Below, piece by piece: positions 36,179 through 46,200 of a DNA stretch of 64,000 nt. The notes under the pieces were generated by a model. It was given only the letters and a program-made list of their open reading frames with translations. It did no database searches and was not told the DNA's origin. Origin of the DNA: an uncultured bacterium (GTDB taxonomy: Bacteria; Patescibacteriota; Minisyncoccia; Phycocordibacterales; GWA1-40-21). The stretch's first letter is position 1. Every line of letters starts with the position of its first letter. The stretch is taken from assembly GCA_963804975.1 (NCBI GenBank), contig CAWDSG010000002.1, forward strand, positions 277,015-341,014. Direction: 5' to 3'. Both the position numbers and the translations under genes were made by a program.

Positions 36179-39100
36179 ATGAAATTTAAGAAATTTCATT
36201 TATTAATATTTTGCCTGATATTTTTTGGATTTTTATTTCAATTCCGTTATTCTTTTGCTGAAGTTATTTTTCAAATTTCTCCATTAGATTATTCTTCATT
36301 TGTAGGTCAAGAAGCAATTGCCTCTAATTATTACAGAGGTTTTTATTCTTGGATTTGCACCGCTACAAACGGTTGTCCCATTGGCAGCACTATCTACAAT
36401 GTCGGGGTGTGGCTGACAAAGGTCGGGAATCCGGACGGATTAGCGATGCAGGAAAATCAAAACTTTATGAGCACAAATTTTAATTCAGTATCAAATATTG
36501 TTGATGCCTCCGATATTCCCAGCGATAATTCAAAGTTAATTTATTTTTATTTTCCACAAGGCGTTACGTTAACTGAAACGACTGCCTTTAACCTTTTTAT
36601 CTCAACAAATTCAAACATTATATATCCGAACGATTTTTATTATATAAAAGTATGGAATGGTCTGTACGGGGAGGATGATTATACTTATCCGCAAAGCTGG
36701 TGTTTTTCCAACTGGGGATGCGCAAGCTCTCGGCCATTCATTTCTCTGGAATCAACTTCTACCGATCTTTTCGCTAAACCGAAAATTACTCTTCTCGGTG
36801 ATAATCCATTAAAAATTTCAGCAAGCACCGCTATGGCTTATACAGATCCCGGCGCAACGGCCCTAGATAATCTCGGTAACGACATTACCGCAAACATATC
36901 GGTATCAAATAATGTCGATATCACTGCGACCGGAACTTACACTGTCGTTTATACCGTATCGGATAAAACCGGTAATATTGCTTCATCAACTAGAGTTGTG
37001 GATGTTGTTGCGCCTGATGCGCCGGAAGCCAAACCAACTTGCTGTTCAAATGTTTTGTTTATTCCGGGGCTTGAAGCGAGCAGATTGTACGATGAAGATG
37101 GAAATCAAATCTGGGAGCCGGGAATTCTTGAAGATAATTCACAACTTGATTTGGATGAAAGCGGTACGCCGATTCGCGATGATATTTATACCAAAGATGT
37201 TATTGATAACGCGTACGTGCCCGTGCTTGGTAATATTTATAAATCTTTCATCGCCAAAATGAATGAGATGAAATCTGCCGGGACGATCAATGACTGGTCT
37301 GCGGCGCCGTATGATTGGCGATTGTCGCTTGACGAGATTTTGAATAACGGAAACGAGGATTCCGCCGGAGATATTTATTATTCCGGAGACAATGGCTCAA
37401 CTTCAAGCCCGTATATCATCACAGAGCTTCGCCGTCTTGCTGAGAGTTCTCAGACGGGCAAAGTGGCGATTATCGCGCATTCAAACGGCGGGCTTGTGGC
37501 AAAAGCTCTGACGGACGCGCTCGGTTCCGATGCATCAAAACTTATTGACAAGATTATTTTTGTCGCCGTGCCGCAAGTCGGAACGCCGAAAGCGATTGGC
37601 GCGATTCTCCACGGTTTTGATTCCGGTTTGCCGATTTCGTGGTTTGGATTTTATTTCTCACCTGAAGACGCAAGAAATCTTGGAGAAAATATGCCGTCAG
37701 TTTACAACTTGCTTCCGTCAGCCGATTATTTTTCAAATGTGAGCGACCCTGCAGTGACTTTTGATAATTCGGATTTTCTTGCGCCATGGCGGAAAAAATA
37801 TGGCAATAAGATTTCATCAGAAAATAAGCTGGAAAATTTTCTGGACGATCAATCGCGGCCGGCCTTGCTGGCATTAGATTCGCTTGCTTTTCCAATTTCT
37901 GCGAATAAAAATCTCTTGAATGATGCGCAAAATCTTCACGACAGCGAGCTTGATGATTGGACTTTGCCTTCGGGAGTCGCGCTCACCGAGATTGCCGGAT
38001 GGGGAGAGGATACGGTCAAATCAATAAATTATTACGAAGGATACGAACTTGATTGTCCTATTTTAAGTATTTTTTCTCTCTTCTGCGCTACTATAAAACC
38101 GACGCTTGAATATGATCCCATTATGACTTCAGACGGCGATGGCACAGTTGTCACGCCAAGCGCGCTTTGGATGGCGACTTCAACTGAAGTAGGAAGGTAT
38201 TGGGTGAACTTAAATCAATATAATGCAGATAATCTTAATATACAAAATGGTTTAGGATTACTTCCTTTTAAACATGCCGATATTCTTGAAGTGCCAAATC
38301 TTACTGATTTCATTAAAAATATAATTATGCAAAATTCGGATTCATTGCCACAATATATTTCCACTTCATCGCCTCTGGATACCGACATTAAAAAACAGCT
38401 TCACTTCATTCTTCATTCGGGCGGATCTTCCGGCGCATCTCTCGCCGTCTATGACAACCTTGGCAATCTCACGGGCTTTTCCACAACAAGCAATCTCGTG
38501 ATGGAAGAAATTCCTGATAGCGATTATCAGACACTCGGATACGTCACATATATCAGTGTTCCGGCAAATATCGCGGCGCATGCAGTGGTGCATAGAGGCG
38601 GAAAAAGCGGAAGCAGTGGAAATAACGGAAGCGAATCATTCACTCTCAATATTCAAGAAACTGAAAGTGAAACAATAATCGCTTCCACCACTTTTGCGGC
38701 GGTGCCTTCAGGCGTAAGTACGACTGCAACGATTGATATTCCCGCGGATGCAAACGGCGGCATTGCAAGCAGTTCGCCTTTGGTCGTGGATGAGAACGGC
38801 AATGGAGAAGCAGAAATCACAATACAGCCGATTCTCAATAGCACAGTATTGCCGGATTTTGCCACGACGACTCTTGCCACAACAACAGATGAATCAAATG
38901 ATAATCAAAGCAATAATCAAAATAATCAAACTAATGGCAATCAAAATGAAACAAACCAAATTAGCGCTGGTATTGGCGCCGGTTCTTCATATTTTGCTCC
39001 TTTGCCGCTTGCTAACAATGAAACATTTTCTGCAATCATAATTCCTGATGTTGTGAATGCGCTGAATAAAATTCAGCCGGTAAAACAAATCGCTAATTCT

Positions 39101-39343
39101 GGAACTATTTTGCCGAATCCAGTTTCAGTCGGCGCAAATAATACAAATCCATATTCCGTTATAAAAACCGTTTCAAATACAAATTCAAGCGCTAGAAATG
39201 CTATTGCCGCAGCCATAAGCGCAAATCCAATCGCTTCAAGCATAAGCGAAGCAGCGGTTGGCAATTTTCCCATCAGTGTTAAGATACTTATTGTGATCGG
39301 CGTGTTGCTTATCGCGCTGATTATCTGGATTAAATTTATTTAA
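36179..39343 (+). CDS. surface-anchored secreted protein: signal peptide, DUF5011-like Ig domain, alpha/beta-hydrolase (lipase/esterase-like) domain, Asn/Gln-rich linker, C-terminal TM anchor
   Basis: Signal MKFKKFHLLIFCLIFFGFLFQFRYSFA. DUF5011-like ITLLGDNPLKISASTAMAYTDPGATALDNLGNDIT...TGTYTVVYTVSDKTGN. Nucleophile elbow VAIIAHSNGGLVA (GxSxG-type AHSxGG, as in lipase/PGAP1-like hydrolases). NDNQSNNQNNQTNGNQNETNQ linker. C-terminal ILIVIGVLLIALIIWIKFI. Confidence 0.7.
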   Translation: MKFKKFHLLIFCLIFFGFLFQFRYSFAEVIFQISPLDYSSFVGQEAIASNYYRGFYSWICTATNGCPIGSTIYNVGVWLTKVGNPDGLAMQENQNFMSTNFNSVSNIVDASDIPSDNSKLIYFYFPQGVTLTETTAFNLFISTNSNIIYPNDFYYIKVWNGLYGEDDYTYPQSWCFSNWGCASSRPFISLESTSTDLFAKPKITLLGDNPLKISASTAMAYTDPGATALDNLGNDITANISVSNNVDITATGTYTVVYTVSDKTGNIASSTRVVDVVAPDAPEAKPTCCSNVLFIPGLEASRLYDEDGNQIWEPGILEDNSQLDLDESGTPIRDDIYTKDVIDNAYVPVLGNIYKSFIAKMNEMKSAGTINDWSAAPYDWRLSLDEILNNGNEDSAGDIYYSGDNGSTSSPYIITELRRLAESSQTGKVAIIAHSNGGLVAKALTDALGSDASKLIDKIIFVAVPQVGTPKAIGAILHGFDSGLPISWFGFYFSPEDARNLGENMPSVYNLLPSADYFSNVSDPAVTFDNSDFLAPWRKKYGNKISSENKLENFLDDQSRPALLALDSLAFPISANKNLLNDAQNLHDSELDDWTLPSGVALTEIAGWGEDTVKSINYYEGYELDCPILSIFSLFCATIKPTLEYDPIMTSDGDGTVVTPSALWMATSTEVGRYWVNLNQYNADNLNIQNGLGLLPFKHADILEVPNLTDFIKNIIMQNSDSLPQYISTSSPLDTDIKKQLHFILHSGGSSGASLAVYDNLGNLTGFSTTSNLVMEEIPDSDYQTLGYVTYISVPANIAAHAVVHRGGKSGSSGNNGSESFTLNIQETESETIIASTTFAAVPSGVSTTATIDIPADANGGIASSSPLVVDENGNGEAEITIQPILNSTVLPDFATTTLATTTDESNDNQSNNQNNQTNGNQNETNQISAGIGAGSSYFAPLPLANNETFSAIIIPDVVNALNKIQPVKQIANSGTILPNPVSVGANNTNPYSVIKTVSNTNSSARNAIAAAISANPIASSISEAAVGNFPISVKILIVIGVLLIALIIWIKFI

Positions 39344-39775
39344 ATGAATAAAACAAAAAATATAGTTTTATTGATTTCTGTGATTATAGGTGGAGGATTG
39401 ATTTTATTGAGTTTTATTACAATATCTGGTTTTTGTGATTTTTTAGACAATATTCATAATCCAAATGTTTTTGATACAACTTGCATAAATTATATTTATA
39501 ACACCAGAATGATATTTTTTATTTTTCCTTTTGTTTTCCTTTTCTCTCTCATTACTTATTTTATGAAAGATGAAATTTTCTCTGCATGGTGGAAATTTAC
39601 CTATAAATGGGCGCTTTTAACTATGATTCTTGTCCTTATAACTCCAGGCGGAAGCGGTTCTTTTTTCCCAAGTTTAATCAGTCCAGGCGTGGTCGCATTC
39701 CTTATGTCCTGCCTTTTCGCCATAATTTCTATTGTTATTATAATTGTTAAACTCATTCAAACCCATAAGAAATAA
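39344..39775 (+). CDS. small polytopic membrane protein (about 4 TM), hypothetical
   Basis: Start overlaps the upstream stop (TAAATG); hydrophobic segments throughout. Confidence 0.45.
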   Translation: MNKTKNIVLLISVIIGGGLILLSFITISGFCDFLDNIHNPNVFDTTCINYIYNTRMIFFIFPFVFLFSLITYFMKDEIFSAWWKFTYKWALLTMILVLITPGGSGSFFPSLISPGVVAFLMSCLFAIISIVIIIVKLIQTHKK

Positions 39776-39887
39776 AAAGTTTAATTAATCTCTTAGGATT
39801 AAAATTATTTCGGTGGAATGAATGTTGATGAAAATATCCATAGGCAAAAGCTCGGGGAATTTGCATATTATGTGTTAAGATAGCAGT

Positions 39888-40361
39888 GTGAATATAGATA
39901 TCAGCAACTTCGAAGAAATTAAAATAAAGGGAGAAGAAATGTACAAAAATATTTCTGATACTTTTTGTCCATATTTAGGAAAAACAGTATCTTTTAATGC
40001 CCAGGGAATAGAACATTTAAAATTCAAAAATAGAGAGCGGGCAAGACCACCGAAAGATCAGTATATGAGATTGAAACTCATTCACCTTGCTCCAGAAGTT
40101 TTAAAAAATTCAAAAACAGTTCAGGGTATATTGGAGACCAAAAAATTTGAAACAATAAAAGTTAATAGCAGAAAAGATACTATTTTAAAACCAGTAAATT
40201 ATTTTGAGTTTATTGCAGTTATAAAAAGAAACAGAGTTAAAGTTATTGTCAAACAAATTGATGGTGGAAATCTTTTCTTTTGGAGTCTGATTCCTTTTTG
40301 GAGAATGAATGATGATACAATGACCAGAATATTACATGATGGAAGTCCAGAAGAAGATTAA
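39888..40361 (+). CDS. hypothetical protein (157 aa)
   Basis: ORF with no recognisable motif; followed by a terminator hairpin. Confidence 0.4.
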   Translation: MNIDISNFEEIKIKGEEMYKNISDTFCPYLGKTVSFNAQGIEHLKFKNRERARPPKDQYMRLKLIHLAPEVLKNSKTVQGILETKKFETIKVNSRKDTILKPVNYFEFIAVIKRNRVKVIVKQIDGGNLFFWSLIPFWRMNDDTMTRILHDGSPEED

Positions 40362-40370
40362 TATAACAAA

Positions 40371-40397
40371 AAACGCCACAGCTGGTGGCGTTCTTTG
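40371..40397 (+). terminator. rho-independent terminator
   Basis: aaaAACGCCACagctGGTGGCGTTctttg. Confidence 0.55.
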
Positions 40398-40455
40398 TTA
40401 GCGTTTGGCTACAGCTTTTAAGCCGTGAGAGGGCGAACCCTCCAAACGCTATTAG
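40398..40455. ncRNA. candidate small structured RNA / tRNA-like three-way junction (not a canonical tRNA)
   Basis: 7-9 bp closing stem AGCGTTT(GG)/(CC)AAACGCT enclosing two hairpins: GGCT-acagctttta-AGCC and GAGGG-cgaa-CCCTC. On the minus strand the second hairpin has a UUCG loop. No anticodon arm. Confidence 0.25.
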
Positions 40456-40518
40456 AAATATAGCAAAATTATTATAAAAAGTCAAAGTTATCAACAGGTA
40501 ATATGATATAATAATCTT

Positions 40519-41286
40519 ATGTCCGAATACTACAAAGCCAATAGAACACGCAATCTTTATGACCCGAAAGCGAAGGAGCCGTTCAAATTGTCGCGGTCAA
40601 AAATAGAGCTTTTTATGAATTGCCCGAAATGCTTTTACTTGGACCGCCGACTTGGCATAGGCAGGCCGCCGGGATTCCCGTTTGCGCTCAATTCGGCGGT
40701 GGATCATTTGCTGAAACTTGAATTTGATATTCACCGGACAAAAGGGGAACAGCATCCTCTGCAAAAAGAATATAAAATAGACGCAATACCGGCAAAACAC
40801 GAAGAGCTTAATGTTTGGCGGGAGAATTTCAAGGGTATGCAGTTTTATCATAAAAAAACAAATTTCATGCTTACCGGCGCCATAGATGATTTATGGATAA
40901 ACAGCAAAGGCGAATATATCGTCGTGGATTACAAATCAACAGCAAAAGAAGAAGCGGTTTCTGTGCTTGATAAGGATTGGCAGGACGGCTATAAAAGGCA
41001 GATGGAAATTTATCAGTGGCTTCTGCGGAATATGGGGTACAAGGTTTCGGATGTCGGATATTTTGTTTATTGCACGGGCAAGTTGGACAGAAAAGCTTTT
41101 GACAAGAAGCTTGAATTTGACGTGAACCTGATAGAATATAAGGGAAGCGATAAATGGATTGAAAAAACAGTGCAGGATATGAAAAAATGCCTGGACGGGA
41201 AAATGCCGAAAGCGGACCCGAAATGCGATTATTGCAATTATCGCGACGCGGCAGGGGAAGTGGAACCTGTCCGGTCAGGAAAATAA
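40519..41286 (+). CDS. PD-(D/E)xK nuclease, Cas4/RecB-like with 4-Cys cluster (stand-alone)
   Basis: N-terminal Cys pair FMNCPKCFY; core IDDLWINSKGEYIVVDYKST (D...DYK); motif QMEIYQWLL...Y (QxxxY); C-terminal KCDYCNY. This is the Cas4/AddB-type Fe-S nuclease layout. Confidence 0.6.
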   Translation: MSEYYKANRTRNLYDPKAKEPFKLSRSKIELFMNCPKCFYLDRRLGIGRPPGFPFALNSAVDHLLKLEFDIHRTKGEQHPLQKEYKIDAIPAKHEELNVWRENFKGMQFYHKKTNFMLTGAIDDLWINSKGEYIVVDYKSTAKEEAVSVLDKDWQDGYKRQMEIYQWLLRNMGYKVSDVGYFVYCTGKLDRKAFDKKLEFDVNLIEYKGSDKWIEKTVQDMKKCLDGKMPKADPKCDYCNYRDAAGEVEPVRSGK

Positions 41287-41290
41287 ATTT

Positions 41291-41692
41291 ATGAAAAATT
41301 ACGAATGGTATCAACAATTGAAAAAGCCGAAGTTTGCTCCGCCAGCGGGGATTTTCGGGCCGGTGTGGACAATTCTCTACATAATCATTCTCATTTCATT
41401 CGGATATGTGGCATATCTGTCTTTCATCAATAAAATTCCCTTTCTTATTTTTCTGCCGTTCATTCTCAATCTGATTTTCAACGTCATTTATACGCCGATA
41501 CAGTTCGGCTTGAAAAATAATTGGCTTGCCGCAGTTGATATACTTTTCGTCCTCGCAACTCTGATATGGTTTATCGTCGCAATCTTTCCATTTGTTTCTT
41601 GGGTCTCCTATGCAAATACCCCATATCTTTTATGGGTTTCTTTTGCCACAATATTGCAACTCACTATCACTTGGATGAATAGAAAGAATTAA
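41291..41692 (+). CDS. TspO/MBR family (tryptophan-rich sensory protein-like) membrane protein
   Basis: WYQQLKKPKFAPPAGIFGPVWTILYIII matches the TspO N-terminal signature; multi-TM; 133 aa, short for the family. Confidence 0.55.
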   Translation: MKNYEWYQQLKKPKFAPPAGIFGPVWTILYIIILISFGYVAYLSFINKIPFLIFLPFILNLIFNVIYTPIQFGLKNNWLAAVDILFVLATLIWFIVAIFPFVSWVSYANTPYLLWVSFATILQLTITWMNRKN

Positions 41693-41907
41693 TGATAATC
41701 TTGTTTATTATCAATAATGACTTGAGCTCGCTTTTTAGCTTCTTCCGGAGTAATTTCGTTGTTATCTAAACTTTCAGTTAAATTAAATAATGCTGGAATT
41801 TCAGAGTCGTTACCTCCCATCTGTACGCAGCGATCAGCTATTTCCAGTATATATTCCTTTGCTTCATTCTTATCTTTTTCTATTTTACCTATATTTTTTT
41901 CATACAT
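41689..41907 (-). CDS. small acidic hypothetical protein (72 aa)
   Basis: ORF only. Confidence 0.3.
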   Translation of the reverse strand: MYEKNIGKIEKDKNEAKEYILEIADRCVQMGGNDSEIPALFNLTESLDNNEITPEEAKKRAQVIIDNKQDYH

Positions 41908-41939
41908 ATCTGTATTATATCATTAAAATTATTAATTAA

Positions 41940-41985
41940 AAACAAAAACCCCAATCTTTCGCATTTCGCTACTTGATTGGGGTCG
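41940..41985 (-). terminator. rho-independent terminator for the minus-strand DnaJ-like gene
   Basis: CCCCAATC...GATTGGGG hairpin with a T-run on the minus strand, immediately after the stop at 41993. Confidence 0.5.
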
Positions 41986-41992
41986 AGGATTT

Positions 41993-42697
41993 TTATTCCT
42001 CCTCTGGATTATTTAAAACCAGCAAACGTCCTTTGGGAAGAACCGGATTATAAATTTTTACCCAGCCCCTTCCTTCGCATTTATGGCATTTTACGGCGTA
42101 GGTCTCGGCAACGATTTTTTCGGTGCCAATGCCGTTTCCCCAGCAGAAAGTACATAATGTTTTAAAGACCGGATGTTTGAATTTCCCGGTTCCTTTGCAA
42201 ACTCTGCAATCAACGATCCTGCCGTTTAACTGCCGAAACTTTCCCGTTCCTTTGCACGGGGGGCAGGGAAATTCTTTTGCTTTTACTCCGGAACCTCCGC
42301 ACTCTTTGCATTCGCATCTTTTAAACCCATAAAATTTTTCAATGCGATAACCACGGTGTTCGCAAACTTCACATTCATAACCGTTCTCGGTTGATTTAAG
42401 TCCGCGGCCAAGCTCCGATAAAGGAGTTCCGTCGGCGGTCTTAACGATATTCGCCAATTTATGATCATTCGGATTGAAAATCACCGAACCTGCTTCGCAA
42501 AACTCTTTCAAAGACGTGAAGTCGCTGAGAAGATCTTTAAAAGCTTCTTCCGAGCCGCCGGCGATATCCGGATGCAATTCTTTGCTCATTTTTCGGTAAA
42601 GATCTTTCAAAACATTGAAATCTACCGGAGGAACAAGGTTAAAGCGGTCTTTCAGAATTTTAATTGCCTGAGCTTCAGTTATAATATTGGTATGCAT
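41993..42697 (-). CDS. DnaJ-like protein: J-domain-like N-terminus plus six CxxCxGxG zinc-finger repeats
   Basis: HPD motif in KELHPDIAGGSEEAFKDL; repeats CEVCEHRG, CKECGGSG, CPPCKGTG, CRVCKGTG, CTFCWGNG, CHKCEGRG. Confidence 0.6.
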   Translation of the reverse strand: MHTNIITEAQAIKILKDRFNLVPPVDFNVLKDLYRKMSKELHPDIAGGSEEAFKDLLSDFTSLKEFCEAGSVIFNPNDHKLANIVKTADGTPLSELGRGLKSTENGYECEVCEHRGYRIEKFYGFKRCECKECGGSGVKAKEFPCPPCKGTGKFRQLNGRIVDCRVCKGTGKFKHPVFKTLCTFCWGNGIGTEKIVAETYAVKCHKCEGRGWVKIYNPVLPKGRLLVLNNPEEE

Positions 42698-42826
42698 TTG
42701 GGCATACCTCCTTTTAATTTAATGAACGACTAATGCTGTTGCTATGGTATCATATAATTTATTTTTTGTCAAATTTAAAAATACAGGCCAATTTTTGGCT
42801 TGTTGGTTATCCACAGCAGATGTGAT

Positions 42827-42854
42827 TTGACATTTTTATATCTTTAGCTATACT
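42827..42854 (+). promoter_or_regulatory. near-consensus sigma-70 promoter, + strand, upstream of rpoB element copy C
   Basis: TTGACA, 16 nt, TATACT. Confidence 0.45.
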
Positions 42855-43057
42855 TTCCATAGCTTTAAACGGAATGAGTTGCGGGCGTAAAGCGCCAAAA
42901 TAGTAAGCTGGATTAATTCGCAAAGGTCTTGCTTAAAAAAATAAGATAAATTTAAAGAGGAATATAGATGCCTTGAAGGGAGAGGTGTCTATTTTGCTTT
43001 GTAAAATTTAACAAACAATCCTTTTTGTACAATCGTTCTTATTTTTTTGTGCGAGAC

Positions 43058-43204
43058 CGGCATATTTTTATAAAATTAATGAACATCGCGAGTGTAATTT
43101 ATAACCCCGTGAAATAGAAAATTTTTAAATTTTCATTTTGCTAAGGCAAAATATTTCACAGGGTGATAATTTTAAAATTCACTTCGCTCATAATAAAATC
43201 AATC
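43058..43204 (+). repeat. long imperfect-palindrome intergenic element, copy C (upstream of rpoB)
   Basis: AAATTAATGAACATCGCGAGTGTAAT...CCCCGTGAAATA(35-nt loop)TATTTCACAGGGTGATAATTTTAAAATTCACTTCGCTCATAATAAAATCAATC|ATG. Confidence 0.7.
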
Positions 43205-46200
43205 ATGACAAAAAAAACAGCTGATATTTTGGCTGACGGAATCACAGGGGGAAAACTTCCGAAAAAATATTTCTCCAGATTCAAGAAGCCGCTTATTGAT
43301 ATTCCTAATCTGGTTGACCATCAGGTGCGCTCATACGATTGGCTTCTTAAAGAAGGCATCAGGGAAGTGCTCAAGGAATTTTCTCCGATCAAGGATTATG
43401 CCGAGAAAAAATTCGAACTTTCTTTCACCAGTTTTGAAATTGGCGCTCCGTCGTACGACGAATTCCAGGCAAAAGAAAAAAAGATTTCATATGAAGGCCA
43501 GCTGAAAGCTAAAATCAAGCTGAAAAACAGGACGCTTAATTCTGAAATAGAGCAGGAAATTTTTCTTTCAGATATTCCGATAATGACAAATCACGGCACC
43601 TTTATCATAAACGGCATTGAAAGAGTCATTGTGCCGCAGCTTGCGCGTTCCTACGGAATATTCTTTACCCTGAATGATTCAAAAGGGAAAAATTATTTTG
43701 GCGCAAAAGTCATTCCGGCGCGAGGCGCTTGGCTTGAAATAGAATCTGATTCCGACGGCGCGATATATGTCAAAATAGACAAGAAAAGAAAATTCGCAAT
43801 TTCTTCATTACTCAGGATTTTCGGCATGAAAACGGAAAAAGAAATCCTTGGCTTATTCAAAGGCGAGGAAGCGGCGCTAAAAGTAATGGAAACGACGATT
43901 CTCAAGGATCATGCGAAGACGCAGGACGATTCGTATGTCGAAATATACAAAAGATTGAGGGACGGCGACCTTGCGGCGGTTGAGAATGCGCGGGAATACA
44001 TAAATTCCATTTTTAATGCGGAAAGGTATGATATTTCCAGAGTCGGAAGATTCAAGTTCAACAAAAGATTCGGAAAGCCGATGGATGAAAAATCGCTTGA
44101 GAACAAGGCGATAATGCTTGACGACCTTGCGCTTATCATCAAAAAAATCGTGGCGCTCAATAACGATCCGGAAGCGGTGGAAGACGATATTGACCATCTT
44201 GGTTCGCGAAGAGTCCGTTTTGTCGGCGAGCTTATGGCCGCAAAAATCAGAGTCGGAATGGCTCAGATGAAAAGGAATATTCAGGACAGAATGTCCACGA
44301 TCGATCCTGACATCAAAATGCCCGTGCAATTTATTTCCGCTCGGCCGCTTCAGGCGAGGATAAAAGAATTTTTCACTACAAACCCGCTCTCACAATTTAT
44401 GGGGCAGGTTAATTTACTTGAGGAAATAGAGCATTTGAGAAGATTGTCGGCTCTTGGTCCAGGCGGCCTTACAAAAGAAAGAGCCGGCTTTGAAGTGCGC
44501 GATGTCCATCCGTCGCATTACGGCAGAGTTTGCCCAATCCATACGCCTGAAGGACAGAACATCGGCCTTATCTTGAACTTGGCCACTTACGCAAAAGTGA
44601 ACGATTTTGGAATGATAGAGACCCCTTATGCAAAAGTGAAAAACGGCGTGATTACCAAGGAAGTAAAATATTTCAATGCAATTGAGGAAGAAAATTTCAG
44701 GATTGCGCATGGAGCGACACCGTATGATGAAAATGGAAAAATAACGGAAAAAGAAGTGGAGGTCCGTGTGAATGGCGCTCCGGCAATCGTAAAGCGGGAA
44801 GATGTTGATCTGATGGATGTTTCGGCAAACCAGGCGTTTTCCGTTGCCACATCCATGATGCCATTTTTGAATCATGACGACGCAAACCGCGCTCTTATGG
44901 GAACAAATATGCAGAAGCAGGCGGTGCCTTGTGTTATTCCTGAAGCTCCCCTTGTTGCCACAGGAATCGAAACCGAAGCGGCCAGATACACCGGAAGAAT
45001 CATTTATGCGGAAGAAGAGGGAACCGTCAGCGCCGTGGACGCAAGAAAAATCTCCGTTAAGAGCGCAAAGTCCGGAAAAGAAAAAGAATACAATCTTGTC
45101 AATTTTTCAAGGACGAACGGCTTCACTCCGTTCCATCAGAGGCCGTCGGTATCGCTCGGACAGAAAATAAAAAAAGGCGATTTGCTTGCGGATACTTCTT
45201 CTTCGGTCAATGGGCAGATGGCAATAGGCCAGAATGCGCTTGTCGCATTCATGACATGGAGAGGCGCGAATTTTGAGGACGCAATTATTCTTTCCGAAAG
45301 GTTGGTAAAAGACAGCAAATTTTCGTCCGTGCATATCGAGGAATTTGTGGTAAACGTCCGCGATACGAAGCTCGGTCCGGAAGTGACGACCCACGATATT
45401 CCGAATGTCGGGGAAGCGAAGCTGAAAGATTTGGATGAAGACGGCATTGTCAGAATCGGCGCGGAAGTGATGACAGGAGATATTCTTGTCGGAAAAATCA
45501 CTCCAAAAGGCGAGACTCAGCTAACTCCGGAAGAAAGATTGTTAAGAAGTATTTTCGGCGAAAAAGCTCGCGATGTAAAAGATACTTCAAAAAGATTGGA
45601 AAGCGGAAAGCGGGGGAGGGTGATTTCCGTAAAAATCCGATCCCGTGAAAATGGAGACAAGCTTGAATCAGGAATCATAAAAACTATTTATATTGAAGTT
45701 GCGCAGCTCCGAAATATTTCAGTCGGAGACAAGCTTGCGGGGAGGCACGGGAACAAAGGCGTTATTTCAAGAATATTGCCGGTTGAAGACATGCCATATA
45801 TGGAGGACGGCACGCCAGTCGATGTTATTTTGACGCCGCTTGGAATCCCAAGCCGTATGAATCTCGGACAGATCCTTGAGCTTCATCTGGGGCTTGCCGC
45901 AAATACGCTTGGCTATCAGGCAATTATCCCGGCATTTATGGGAGCGACGGAAGAAGAAATAAAAGGCGAGCTTGTGAAAGCAGGTTATAAAGAAAGCGGA
46001 AAAATGAAGCTTTATGACGGCAGAGACGGACAGGCATACGACCAGGAAATTTCGGTTGGCTATATGTATATTTTGAAATTGCATCATGAAGTCGAGGATA
46101 AAATCCACATGAGATCGATCGGACCTTACTCAATGATTACCCAGCAGCCGCTCGGAGGCCGGGCGCAGGGAGGTGGACAGAGATTCGGAGAAATGGAGGT

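Noticed and set aside
40398-40455. Canonical tRNA gene
   Set aside because: It is only about 58 nt, with no anticodon arm and a 4-nt T-loop. It is kept only as a tRNA-like or structured-RNA candidate.
42935-42975. Two-codon mini-ORF ATG-CCT-TGA with an upstream AAAGAGG SD, as a possible start-stop regulatory element upstream of rpoB
   Set aside because: A single occurrence with no conservation evidence is easily produced by chance. It is mentioned only as something to check if 5' mapping shows a long rpoB leader.
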